Position numbers and translations under genes: made by a program. The notes beneath the pieces were generated by a model. It saw nothing but the letters and a program-made list of their open reading frames with translations, was not told where the DNA came from and did not search any database. This document shows positions 10,447 to 20,827 of a stretch of DNA of 64,000 nucleotides, one piece after another; positions within the stretch are counted from its first letter, which is position 1; every line of letters starts with the position of its first letter. Source of the DNA: Amoeboaphelidium occidentale (Eukaryota); contig JALGPX010000008.1 of the NCBI GenBank assembly GCA_023515795.1, positions 124,001 through 188,000 of the forward strand, written 5' to 3'.

Positions 10447-11631
10447 TCATTGTAATGCTGAATTTTGAATCAAATCTCTACTCAACCAAACACCACTTGC
10501 AGACTTTAACGAGCCAAATACTTTTGAAACTGCGTCTCTTTTCAATGGTTGACGAATAGGCTTTCGATCTACGCCAAGGAATGCCAAAGGTACAAAAACA
10601 GGAGAATTATCTTCATATTCCCACTCGTATTGTGTTTTACATTCTGCGATCCATTCCCTAACACTTGAAGCAGTCCTTTCATGACACTCAATATGTTTGA
10701 TGACTTCGTTAGAACGATTGTAAACGTAAACACCACGAAAGGAACCATCAACCATTCCTTTGATGTCACGATACTGCAAATCAGCAATCTTCTGACTTGA
10801 CATCTTCAAATCAAGGAGAAAGCAGAGCATGGCAGTATCGCGCTTGACTTTCATTACGTTTTTGCCATTTCTAGCTGCTTCAAATAACCTGCTTATCTCA
10901 TTAGAGCTTAGCGCATCATTTAGATCACGTGGTACATAATGACTACTCTGAATTGTGTAAGGATCTTGAGAGTAAGAGGTTGTGCTGTGGGACAGAGGGA
11001 TCAAAGTGGGTTGTTTCAAATTTTGATTGCCATCGGTAGCGTGAGAACGATAACCATCACTGAAAGAAGATCGTCTACTTCCAGAGCCAAAGTCAGCAGA
11101 GGAAGTTGTCGCAGTAGTTGACGGTGATAGTATTGGCCTATTACCATGCTCCTGTACAGCGGTTCCGAAAAATTGCCCCGAACTACCAACTCCAAACTTC
11201 GAACCATACTCGTAGTATGGCTGGTTGCTAGTCAATCCAAACTGTGTTCCCTGTGGATAGTTCGTCATGTGATGGACCTTCTGAGGATAGCCTGAGTAGT
11301 TGTGACCGTAGCTGTTCTTGAAGAACTCATGAGAATGATTCAACTTTACAAGATTAGGGTTCGCTGGCCTCGGCGCAGAGTGATGTCTTGAGAGATTCGG
11401 TGTGAACTGAGGCATGACATTGACACCACTGCTTGAGCATGGAGATGTACTAACTTGTTCTTGTGCCTGAGGTGAGGCCAAAGTAGTTCCAGTGTCTGTA
11501 GCATCCGAGTTCCAGTACCGCTTGCCTTGCTTGCGGGTATCGTGGACGTTAATAAGTGAGCTCATAATACTCTTCTCTTCATTTCCTTCGACATCTTCAT
11601 CATCGTTGTTTAGAAGTTTTCTGATGTCCAT
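10447..11631 (-). CDS. Disordered protein with a C-terminal, catalytically dead, truncated tyrosine recombinase-like domain (putative transcription factor)
   Basis: 394-aa intronless ORF. LSSNEISRLF...RDTAML..LL.LKMSSQKIADLQYRDI...PVF...LKRDAVSKVF......SGV parallels the XerC/D catalytic domain. Confidence 0.65.
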   Translation of the reverse strand: MDIRKLLNNDDEDVEGNEEKSIMSSLINVHDTRKQGKRYWNSDATDTGTTLASPQAQEQVSTSPCSSSGVNVMPQFTPNLSRHHSAPRPANPNLVKLNHSHEFFKNSYGHNYSGYPQKVHHMTNYPQGTQFGLTSNQPYYEYGSKFGVGSSGQFFGTAVQEHGNRPILSPSTTATTSSADFGSGSRRSSFSDGYRSHATDGNQNLKQPTLIPLSHSTTSYSQDPYTIQSSHYVPRDLNDALSSNEISRLFEAARNGKNVMKVKRDTAMLCFLLDLKMSSQKIADLQYRDIKGMVDGSFRGVYVYNRSNEVIKHIECHERTASSVREWIAECKTQYEWEYEDNSPVFVPLAFLGVDRKPIRQPLKRDAVSKVFGSLKSASGVWLSRDLIQNSALQ

Positions 11632-12142
11632 TATGGAGATTTTAGTTCAACAGAAACTGTAGTGACTAGCTACGATTTTTTTTAGACAAAGATCGTCAGA
11701 TCGAAAAGATGTTTGGTCGAGGCCACTTGTTTAGCGATCGCTTATGTAAATTACAGGTCCAAGAAGGCTAGACCTTTGGAAGCTGATCCGCCCTCGTTAG
11801 TGCTGTGGTATCATATATGCGTCTCGTAGCACAAAGTTTATTTTAGCCTTGAAACCAAAAGGTTGGTCAATAAACTTAGCTGACAAATTTTCCGTACTGA
11901 CTAATACTAGTCTTGTTAGCCATATTTTGAGAAAGTAGTGCAATGACATCCTAGAATGCTATTTGTTGTTGCAACTAAGCCAAATGGCGTTGGAGCTGCC
12001 ATTAAATCTAAAAATACGGTGCGCGTCGAAACCACTGTGGTAAACCCCAAATATCCGGTGCGCTAGCTCGCTAAATGAACCGGAATCAGTTCGATGCCTG
12101 CTTCAGTAATTCTTTTCAGTGCCGAGATTGGCTTTTCTGCGT

Positions 12143-13078
12143 ATGAAACTGCAAAGCTTATCAATATTTTCAATTGCTGCCTTCGCTTTAGGCGCTTGGG
12201 CTTCCGCTGGCGACCGGTCGTTCGAATTTCAGTCTTGCTTAAGGGCATGTCACACTACGGAAAATTGCAACTCAATGCCTCTCGGTCTGGATCTGAAACT
12301 ATTTCTATGGACTTGTTTAGATGAGTGCAAATATCAGTGCATGCATAATTTAACCGCAGCTCATGTTTCTCTTGGCGTGCCTGTGTTGCAATACTACGGA
12401 AAATGGCCCTTTTATCGATTTATGGGAATACAAGAACCTGCGAGTGTTGTCTTTTCAGTGCTTAACCTGATTGCACATTATCTGGGCTACAAATGGATCA
12501 AACAGCTGGTTTCTGACAAGTATCAGCCTCTGAAGAATCTAAATCTGCTTTTGGCTTTGTTTCAAGTTAATATGTGGGTCTGGTCTACTGTGTTTCATTG
12601 CAGGGATACTCCTTTCACAGAGAAAATGGATTACTTTTCCGCAATGGCATCAATACTTATGGCAGTGTACGCCTCAAGCGTCAGGCTTTTAAGCATGATG
12701 AAAAGTCACAAGGTCAGAAATGCATTCAAGATTCTGTTGGTAACTTACTTCGCTCTGCATTGTTTGTACTTGTCCCTGTGGCGTTTTGATTACACTTACA
12801 ACATGGCAGCAGGTGTAACTATAGGAATGGTTCATAATTTCAGTTGGCTTTATTGGTCATTCAAGTATGGCTATGAGAGGCCCTACTCAAAATATTGTCT
12901 TTATGGAACAATGGCCGTGATATTCTCCATCAGCCTTGAATTATACGACTTCCCTCCATTATGGGGCGTTTTTGATGCGCATTCACTGTGGCATTTATCA
13001 ACGTTTCCTATTTGTTTCGTGTGGTATAAGTTTATGCTGGAGGACGCAAAGTACGAAACAAGAATAAAGAACGTGTGA
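12143..13078 (+). CDS. PER1: GPI remodelling protein Per1/PGAP3
   Basis: ASAGDR, WTCLDECKYQCM, QYYGKWPF, QEPASV, FHCRD, DAHSLWH. Confidence 0.95.
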   Translation: MKLQSLSIFSIAAFALGAWASAGDRSFEFQSCLRACHTTENCNSMPLGLDLKLFLWTCLDECKYQCMHNLTAAHVSLGVPVLQYYGKWPFYRFMGIQEPASVVFSVLNLIAHYLGYKWIKQLVSDKYQPLKNLNLLLALFQVNMWVWSTVFHCRDTPFTEKMDYFSAMASILMAVYASSVRLLSMMKSHKVRNAFKILLVTYFALHCLYLSLWRFDYTYNMAAGVTIGMVHNFSWLYWSFKYGYERPYSKYCLYGTMAVIFSISLELYDFPPLWGVFDAHSLWHLSTFPICFVWYKFMLEDAKYETRIKNV

Positions 13079-13201
13079 TCAAGGGAAGTAAATCTGCAGG
13101 AGGTTTCAACTGGTTCTAGCTGCGTAATATTTTATCTTGATGTATCATATAGCGCTTGAGGCTGTGTGGCTCCAACTATTAAATTCTGTTTCGATTGTGA
13201 A

Positions 13202-14743
13202 ATGCTGCGATTAGGGCATCAAGTTTTGAAGCGATGGAACACTTACGAAAACGCCGTATCAGGAACCAGACTCACCATCGGAGTCTTCAGTCTGGCTAAT
13301 AGAAGATATACAAAGCCTTCGTATCCAGATCTACCTCCAGTGGCCAAAAGTATTAATGTCGAAGTAGAAGAACCATCAGCGCAAGTGTCAAAGATCGCAG
13401 AGAAGTTAAGCAAAGAAGCGGAACCGATTGCTTCATCGGCTGAAAAAGGACTATCAGCCATCGACGAAGCAAGATTTATCTTTAACAAAGTCTGGGATCG
13501 CATAGAGAAGGAGCAGGGAGGTCCTGAGAAAATGAGAATTCCAGCGGAGATAATTTGGTTAATGGGATCTCCTGGGTAACTTAGACGTTAAGAAAGGATA
13601 ATGAATTGTAGATCCGGTAAAGGAACGAACACCCCTGCGATCATCAGGGCAAGAGAGATATCTAATCCGGTAATTGTGTTATCACATCTCTTGAAAGACC
13701 CAGAGATCAAGAAGAAGTATATTGACAAGGGAGAAATGGTTTCTGATACTTTGGCTATGGAAGTGCTTCTTCAAGCTCTACTGAAAAGTGATAGTTCAAG
13801 TGGTGTCGTAGTTGATGGATTTCCAAGGACAGAAATTCAAGTTGAATGTCTGAAGCTTCTTTACGATAAGATGTTATCATTACGAGCGCAATTTTCAAAG
13901 ACATCATTCAGAGAACGCTTTCGAAAGCCTGTATTTCGTATTGTGGTTCTCTTTATTGATGAAGAAGAGAGTTTGAAGCGACAGATAAAACGTGGCAAGA
14001 TGGTTAAAGATCATAATGCAAGAGTCAGACTTACAGGAACAGGAGAGCTTTTGAAAGAGAGAGCAACCGATTATGATGAAAATTTAATCAGGGCTCGCTA
14101 CAAAGTTTTCAGACACCATTTCAGTTCTTTGACTAGACTGAAGAAGTTGTTTCCTTTTCATTTAATTCATGCAGTTGGTTCTATTGAAGATGTCATGCGC
14201 TCGATATTTAAAGAGTTCGAGTATCAGTCATCTTTGGAATTAGATCATGAAACTTATGATTTAATCGAACACATTCCAATAGGTACAAGTGTTGGAAGAA
14301 ATGCTAGACAAGAATTGATTAGAAGATTGGAAAACTATCAGTTGAACAACAGAGAAAAATTTCAGCATTCAATTAAACTTATTGATGAAGAATTCATCCC
14401 TATTATCAAGAGGAACTCTATTTCTGGATCGACGACTGTTCGAATCAATGGAACAAAGCTTGAAGATGACATGGTTATTGACATGGTTATGGACGTTTTG
14501 TCTGAGCGTGGATTTACGGTTTCTTTTGACTGCAGAAAAACTTTTGTTCCTGTAAGAGTTATTCCTGAAACATGGGACATCATATCAGAAACCAGATCAG
14601 CGTATGTCTTTGACATTCGCTTCCCAAAGAACCAAATTAGAGGGACCAGTATTGAGTCTGACATTGCGCTGAGAGATCTTGCGAACGATGTTAGTGAAAC
14701 GGAACAGATTAGATCAGAAGAAGAAACTAGAAAGTCTCAGTAG
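13202..14743 (+). CDS. Atypical large adenylate kinase-family protein with probable mitochondrial presequence; intron 13576-13611
   Basis: The spliced P-loop reads WLMGSPGSGKGT; VVDGFPRT is present; the N-terminus is Arg/Leu/Ser-rich; there is a long C-terminal extension. Confidence 0.85.
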
Positions 14744-14781
14744 CAATTTTTATATTGAAATCAGTTACAAAATAGAGCTCA

Positions 14782-16371
14782 TCAAGCGTCAGAATCACTA
14801 GATCCATACACAATGTCAGGATCATTGAATTCTTCTCGCGCACGTTGAGGCTCTGATCTTGGAAGCTCTTTACCATAGAATGAGGATTTCGAATTCTCTC
14901 TGCGCCTTTGAAGCTCTGCTTCTTCGTCTGTTTCCTCGAAAACATCATTTGAATCATCTCTCTCAAATCCATTAAACTTTTGCTTCAATATCCTCATCTT
15001 GACATCATACTCGGTCTCTTGTTTACGTTCATTATCGTTAATTACAGATGCAAACTGAGAACTCAAGTTTCTCCTGGTCTTATCAGTATCTGCCATCAAA
15101 GTTTCAACATGAAGCTTCAGCTTTTTCTCACAAGAATCACACAGGTAAACCAATATATCACGACTTTCAATAACAGAGGGTAAATTAAGTTCAAAGAAAG
15201 GTCCAACTTCAGTAGGAATCTTGAAATTTGGATCAACATTATGAGCGAAATTGAGGATCTTCTCCACACAACTGGAACATGCCAGTCTTGCAAGAAACTT
15301 TGGTGTGACACTCTCTGGAAGCATTGATATAGGTCGTGTTTGCATCGGAGTAGCTAGAGGCGATGTTTGAATCCCTGGAACAACTTTAGCTGGCTGACTC
15401 GCAGCCAGTGTTTGTTGTTTCGATGAATTCTCAATTATAGAGCGCGACTTATGCGAAACAGGCGACGGCGTAGGAGTATTCAAGTGTTCAGGTAATGAAC
15501 TGGGTAAGAAATCATTTAGCAGTTTGAGTGACTCTTGAAGCTTCTCCTGAGACACCGGTGTAACCAAAGTAGAAGGCTGTGCATTCAAAGCCTGCTGTAT
15601 TTTCAAACCACCAATGCCAAATGGAGGCTTATGATCAAGTAGCTTGTCCTGACTATCTTTTCTTGGTGTTTCGAGCCCGTTTTGCGCCCTCCCTTTTAAA
15701 CTTGTCGCTTTAGGACCTTCTGCAGTGGAACCATTAACTTCAAAGAGTTTCTGGTATGATTTCTTCATAGGATCATCAGGCGTGTTAGAGTCTTTCATGC
15801 CTGAAGCGAGGATGTTGTCCTCATTAAGAGAATCAGGTCTTGACGCCTGCTCTGCTTCCCAGACTTCAATTTTCTTTAAGAGGTACTGTTTCTTATCTTC
15901 GCATTCCTTCTTTGTGAAAACTAAAGTGCGTGCTTCATCTGCTAATGCCTGATAAGAAGTGTCTCCTTTCAGCTTAGCTTCATGCCGCGCCAACTCCATA
16001 ACAACATTGAACGCAATTAAGTCAATATCACTTTCATTCTTAAGGACATCTGCAGCGTTGGAGTAATCCTTTGTTGGAGAGCTTTCGATATTATCAAAAT
16101 GAAAAGCTTTCCGTTTTACTGCGACAGGCGCTTTAGACGTGCTGCGCTCTGCCATACTCCCGCGACGCATAATATCGTCAACCTCATCCTCATCTTCTTC
16201 ATCAGTAGAATAGTAAATTCCTGTAACACTTCTTTTCGGAGCTGCCTTGCGCGGCGTCTTTGGCACTTTGATGCGACTTGGCTTGAACTTTGGCGTGGTA
16301 ATATGTTCTAAAGTATCCGTATCATCATCACTGCTGACGGTGAGGTCGATAACTTCTGCTGTTTTCGGCAT
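14782..16371 (-). CDS. Hypothetical, largely disordered protein with N-terminal SIM-like VIDLT and two CxxC pairs
   Basis: 529-aa ATG-initiated ORF filling the space between neighbours; CSSC and CDSC motifs. Confidence 0.75.
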   Translation of the reverse strand: MPKTAEVIDLTVSSDDDTDTLEHITTPKFKPSRIKVPKTPRKAAPKRSVTGIYYSTDEEDEDEVDDIMRRGSMAERSTSKAPVAVKRKAFHFDNIESSPTKDYSNAADVLKNESDIDLIAFNVVMELARHEAKLKGDTSYQALADEARTLVFTKKECEDKKQYLLKKIEVWEAEQASRPDSLNEDNILASGMKDSNTPDDPMKKSYQKLFEVNGSTAEGPKATSLKGRAQNGLETPRKDSQDKLLDHKPPFGIGGLKIQQALNAQPSTLVTPVSQEKLQESLKLLNDFLPSSLPEHLNTPTPSPVSHKSRSIIENSSKQQTLAASQPAKVVPGIQTSPLATPMQTRPISMLPESVTPKFLARLACSSCVEKILNFAHNVDPNFKIPTEVGPFFELNLPSVIESRDILVYLCDSCEKKLKLHVETLMADTDKTRRNLSSQFASVINDNERKQETEYDVKMRILKQKFNGFERDDSNDVFEETDEEAELQRRRENSKSSFYGKELPRSEPQRAREEFNDPDIVYGSSDSDA

Positions 16372-16509
16372 TTATCAGACAGCGGTCCACAATGAATGAA
16401 AGAATCAGCAATCGAAAGAAGAATGTGGCGGAAACGTCGACGATCAAGCGCAAACAGGTGTCCCCTTTGCTTTCGTTTCAGAAAACTGTTCTTACGGGGA
16501 TTTAAAGGG

Positions 16510-17490
16510 ATGACCAAAATAACCACTGTGCTTCCGGGTAACTTAACTTCTGAGTTGAGCTTAAACATTAATTACTTTCTATATTGCAGACTGCCCAAAT
16601 GTCTTTACTGAACTGTTACCTCATCCTAATTCTCATGATCATGTGAAGTATGGCTTTGTTCCTTGTGGAGACAGTCTCTACGAACTACATGAAATATCTA
16701 AAGCGAATTGTCTGGCTGGAACACTTAGCTCGCTGCTGATCGGCGATTCCGTGCAAAGTGATGGTTCTTTTCTGGTCTGGACTCCGTGTGATCCATTATT
16801 TATAATTTTGGGAATTTTCTATAAATCTGGGAAGCAAGTAGGCCTGACTTAATAGTTTTGTTTCGTGGTAATTGTTTCGATTGTGTAGAATTCCTATCAG
16901 AATTTGAATGATCTCTTGTTTGAGTTTAATGCTTCTGTGCTGCAACAAGTTAAAGGATTACATAATAGGCTCATAAAGATCTGTGATGTCAACGGTAGTT
17001 TAGCTTTAATGGTTCTAATTTATGTTCAGATGTCGGAGGTGAAATGTTTTACAAGTTGAACACGAGTAAGATCATTGAGTTCATTAATGCCAAGGCAAAC
17101 AAGCTTTTGGCTATGAAAGATGATAACAATTCTCTTTTAAATACCAGAAAGTATTTTAACATATCTGATGCAGATGCAAAAAAGAAGATTCTAATTAGAG
17201 ACTTCTTGTTTGACTATTTGCCCTCTGAGCTGCACACAGAATTCCATTACGAAGAGCCTAAAGTTTCGAGTATAGAAGTTGAACATCCTGATTACGCAAA
17301 TACAGGAAGAACCGGTGGCAACGGATTAGAAGGTCAAGGTGCAGCAAAGAAGAAAGCCCCTGCGAAAAAAGAAAAGGACTCTGTTGGTATGGCCAAGTTG
17401 AAAAAGGTGAACACTGACGGCATGAAGAAAATAACGTCCTTCTTTAAAAAGGTCGAGAAGGCCCCTGCCAAAAAGAACGAGGCCTTGTAA
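16510..17490 (+). CDS. RNASEH2B: Ribonuclease H2 subunit B; introns 16538-16589, 16838-16888, 16995-17029
   Basis: The spliced frame gives LPHP, IGDSVQSDGS...TPCDPLF and ICDVNDVGGEMFYKLN, and a C-terminal PIP box (GMKKITSFF). Confidence 0.88.
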
Positions 17491-17554
17491 GATCTTAATG
17501 TTAATTAAACCTGTTATTTATTGTTTTACCGTTAATCCCTTTGTTTACGCGATT

Positions 17555-18380
17555 ATGGTTGAAGGATCACAGAATCGTTTCAGCTTGCTAAAGTATAGTT
17601 TCATGCTTCCTAATGGCGCATGGACTCACTTAAATCATTCAAATATTAATTTGACTGTTAGCGATAGTCTTTTAAGGATTTCAATACCATCTGACACTTA
17701 TGTACTTGCAGCGTTGTACTCGCGTTAACTTCTGATAGGTCTCAGTTGAATTAGATCCGAAGAGTCCTGTAAAAATTATGGTCAAGGGCACAACTGTTGG
17801 ATTTCGTTTGGTAGAAGCAAAAGGACCGGAGCAGCCCCAAAAGTTTCAGGTCAAGTTTCAAGCGCTTGATGAAACAAACGCGTTCTTGAGCTTGGTCAAG
17901 AGTGCAGCTTATGAAGCATTGTTTCTATTAAGAAGCGTTCAATTTAGCGAAGATTTGCAGACCCAGAATGACTTTTCGCAGTTCATTCCTAACTCGTTTG
18001 TTGATGCTTCCATGCCTTTGTCTTCGCAAACGGAGCGTCATGTCAAACGCCCGCGAACAAGCGATACTGAAACAATTCTTTCCGCTGCTAAATATGTTCT
18101 ATCTCAGCATAAGTTGGATCCCATCGAGGAAAAATCTGATGGTCATGAGTCAGAAGAGCATAGAACACCACCGGTTGTAATGGTCCCGGCAACAATTGAA
18201 GACGCTAGTAATTCAGTACGTGAAACTCCCGCAACGAAATTAGATGACGATGGTCTATTGGATTTCTGTAAAAATGATCCAAAGATGCTCCAGGAATTGA
18301 TCTCTTCGCTCCTAAGAGACAAAAGCTTTCTGGAAGAGGTTAAAATGGTTGAGGAAATACTATTCTCCAAAACAAAATAA
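17555..18380 (+). CDS. REC114: Meiotic DSB accessory protein REC114-like; intron 17702-17738
   Basis: PH-like N-domain (LLKYS..WTH, QKFQVKF), a disordered linker, and C-terminal LISSLLRDKSFLEEVKMVEEIL resembling the REC114 C-terminal signature. Confidence 0.65.
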
Positions 18381-18384
18381 ACGC

Positions 18385-20751
18385 TTACTTCCCAACTAAA
18401 TCTTCATCTTCATCCATATCATCATCAACCTCCATAGCGTGCCCAGAAACAATTGATACTTCTGAAGGAGCGCCGCTTCCGCTTTGCGCCTGTTGAGTTT
18501 TAGGCTGCTCCACAGTAAGCGGGAGCCCAAGTAGTTCTAACGCTTCTGGTGTATCCTTCAGACCTTCCATCCAAGTATTCAGTAGAAAATCATACTCGTC
18601 TCGTTTCTCATAAATCTTCCGAAACAGGTGGAATGGACATAAAATTTTCTCCGGATGGTTTTTGAAACGATCATCTTTCTTGCTATCGATAAACTCAGAA
18701 TTCAAAGCCGAGTCAGATGTTTCCAAAAAAGATTTGGTGTCTTCCTCTTCAACGATGGTTTCTTGACGATAAACATGATTTGCACCGTCCATTAATTTCT
18801 TCAAAAAGGAACGCATCAACACATATAATAAAGACGATGCCTGTATCGACTCTTCTCTATCAGAAACTGGCGTTGAACTATCCTGTAAACTCTTACTAAC
18901 ACTTTCCCAAGTTTCATATTGAAGTTGTTTAACAGCTTGAATTGGTCCCTTCATAAAAGGACTGGAAACGAATCGTTCGATTAATTCACCTTTATCAGAG
19001 ACTCCATCATCTTCTGAGTTAAAGCAGTGCGATATCATGAATGGAAGATCATTGAGAGCCTCTGCGACACTTTCGTTCTGAACAATATCCATATGATCTT
19101 CATTTGTCGAAGTTTTAGCTGGCATATTCTTAACTTCTTTAAGAAGAGGTAGAACGTTGGTAACTGTGCACATGGTCAACTTTATCTTGCCTTTCTTCAT
19201 TGGCCGGAACTGGCATCGACTAGGATCATGATTAATTACGATATTTCCTGATGGTTTGAACAGCATTTTTCGGTTTCCTTTGTAAGGATCCAAAGTTGTG
19301 TCGTATCTCAAAATATCATATCTTGTTCCACAGTATCTGCAGTAACGAGGACTATTAGCATTTCTCTCCTTTTCTATCTTCTCCTCCTTTTTCATCAAGG
19401 CAAGGGAAGCCAATGTCTGTAATCCAGCATTAGCAACCATACTTTCACTATCCGACACTAAGCTTGTAGCCTTTGGAGGCGTTGAAGGCAATGTGAGATC
19501 ACCCTCGACATCCGTTTTACCAATTTTACTTGGTTCCTCGTCAGACTCGCTAAAGTCATCGTTTGAAACAAAGAACGTTTCTCTGTCTAATTCAATCTCA
19601 TAAACGCTCTCTGGTGCTGCGATTTGTCTTCCACAATTGGTCTTGTCCAAAGACAGATTGTGCACCAATTCAATCGGTTTGTTTAAGTCCTCATCCTTGA
19701 AACTTATCTCCACCTTCACTGGGAACTCGCCCCAACCTCTTCTAACAACTTGGAACGGCGGTTTAGTGATCAAGACCACATCATTTGGTTTATAAGTTGG
19801 ATGCAGAGTGAATTTTACAGATCTTATGAACGAACGAAGAGTTTCTTGTTTTGTGTCGTAACATTTAGGACTTCTGACATACACCATCCATTTATGAGTG
19901 CAAGACTCATCAAGACCACGCTTTTCTAGAGGCATAAACATGGATACATTGCCAATTACCACTCTCCTTTTCTCATAAAACTGTGAATCTGGCTTGTTGA
20001 CCTTACCAGCTTCAACTACAGGAAAAACAGCAATAGCATTTTCAGCTGCCAAAATCTTTTCGTGTATAGGAACAGGCGCCGCACCTAGCAAAGGAGATGT
20101 TTCTTTCCTTGAAAAGCGTCCTTCAAACCGAGCACGCAATGAATGTCCTTCCTTTGGAGTGTCGTCTTTTGTTTCAGAGGTCGTGCCATCCAGCTTGGCG
20201 ACTTTATCATACAATGAAGCGTCAAATCTTGCGCCGGAAGGCTCTGCGCGGCTGGGATCATCCAACGGCACTTGAGATTCCGCAACAGGTATACCACAGC
20301 GATTGAGCCATTCTTCAGTGGTAGAAAATGCAATAGAATGCAAATGCCGACAATGGTTCATAAATCCAACACGATTAGCGAAATCTGAACGATGACATGC
20401 AGGACAGAATAGTTTAACAAATGTGCCGTCCTTCCTTTGAGCAAATGCGCCGCGAATTGGTTTTGTCGTAAGTTTCTTTCTAGGCCTGCCTCTCCTTGAG
20501 CCAAATTCATCATAATCCATCGCCGTGCTATCATCAATAGAAGGCGCTTGTGTTGCTAGAGCTAAAATCTTGTGTGGAATTGGTTGGCAATGCTGCAGCT
20601 TTTCGGCAGTCTCAATTGCTTCAATGAGTCGTTCTGTGCGTTCGACCTCTTCCTCTAGTTGCTTCAATAGCCGCTGGTGCATTCTTATTTCGATATCAAA
20701 CTCATCCTCAATGATACGCCTGAGCTCTTTTTCTTGTGAAGTTTTGAGCAT
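18385..20751 (-). CDS. YEATS2: YEATS2-like protein (N-terminal coiled coil, Ahc1-like C2H2 finger, YEATS domain)
   Basis: IIEDEFDIEI; CPAC..SDFAN..GFMNHCRHLH; THKWMVYVR, LHPTYKPND and RRGWGEFPV. Confidence 0.82.
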   Translation of the reverse strand: MLKTSQEKELRRIIEDEFDIEIRMHQRLLKQLEEEVERTERLIEAIETAEKLQHCQPIPHKILALATQAPSIDDSTAMDYDEFGSRRGRPRKKLTTKPIRGAFAQRKDGTFVKLFCPACHRSDFANRVGFMNHCRHLHSIAFSTTEEWLNRCGIPVAESQVPLDDPSRAEPSGARFDASLYDKVAKLDGTTSETKDDTPKEGHSLRARFEGRFSRKETSPLLGAAPVPIHEKILAAENAIAVFPVVEAGKVNKPDSQFYEKRRVVIGNVSMFMPLEKRGLDESCTHKWMVYVRSPKCYDTKQETLRSFIRSVKFTLHPTYKPNDVVLITKPPFQVVRRGWGEFPVKVEISFKDEDLNKPIELVHNLSLDKTNCGRQIAAPESVYEIELDRETFFVSNDDFSESDEEPSKIGKTDVEGDLTLPSTPPKATSLVSDSESMVANAGLQTLASLALMKKEEKIEKERNANSPRYCRYCGTRYDILRYDTTLDPYKGNRKMLFKPSGNIVINHDPSRCQFRPMKKGKIKLTMCTVTNVLPLLKEVKNMPAKTSTNEDHMDIVQNESVAEALNDLPFMISHCFNSEDDGVSDKGELIERFVSSPFMKGPIQAVKQLQYETWESVSKSLQDSSTPVSDREESIQASSLLYVLMRSFLKKLMDGANHVYRQETIVEEEDTKSFLETSDSALNSEFIDSKKDDRFKNHPEKILCPFHLFRKIYEKRDEYDFLLNTWMEGLKDTPEALELLGLPLTVEQPKTQQAQSGSGAPSEVSIVSGHAMEVDDDMDEDEDLVGK

Positions 20752-20827
20752 TTTGTCGTTGAAAACAAGATTTGATCGGTGAAGCGCAAACTGCCCCTTG
20801 TTTCAACTTTCAAGATTTTGAACAGGA

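Noticed and set aside
10447..10911. Active integrase, prophage or Crypton transposon
   Set aside because: Catalytic Arg, HxxR and Tyr are absent, and no att sites, terminal repeats or other mobile genes are nearby.
11632..12142. Possible ncRNA in the longest intergenic spacer (also 30231-30694)
   Set aside because: I could not support any Sm site with flanking stems, C/D or H/ACA boxes, or Pol III A/B boxes by eye. An Rfam search would be needed.
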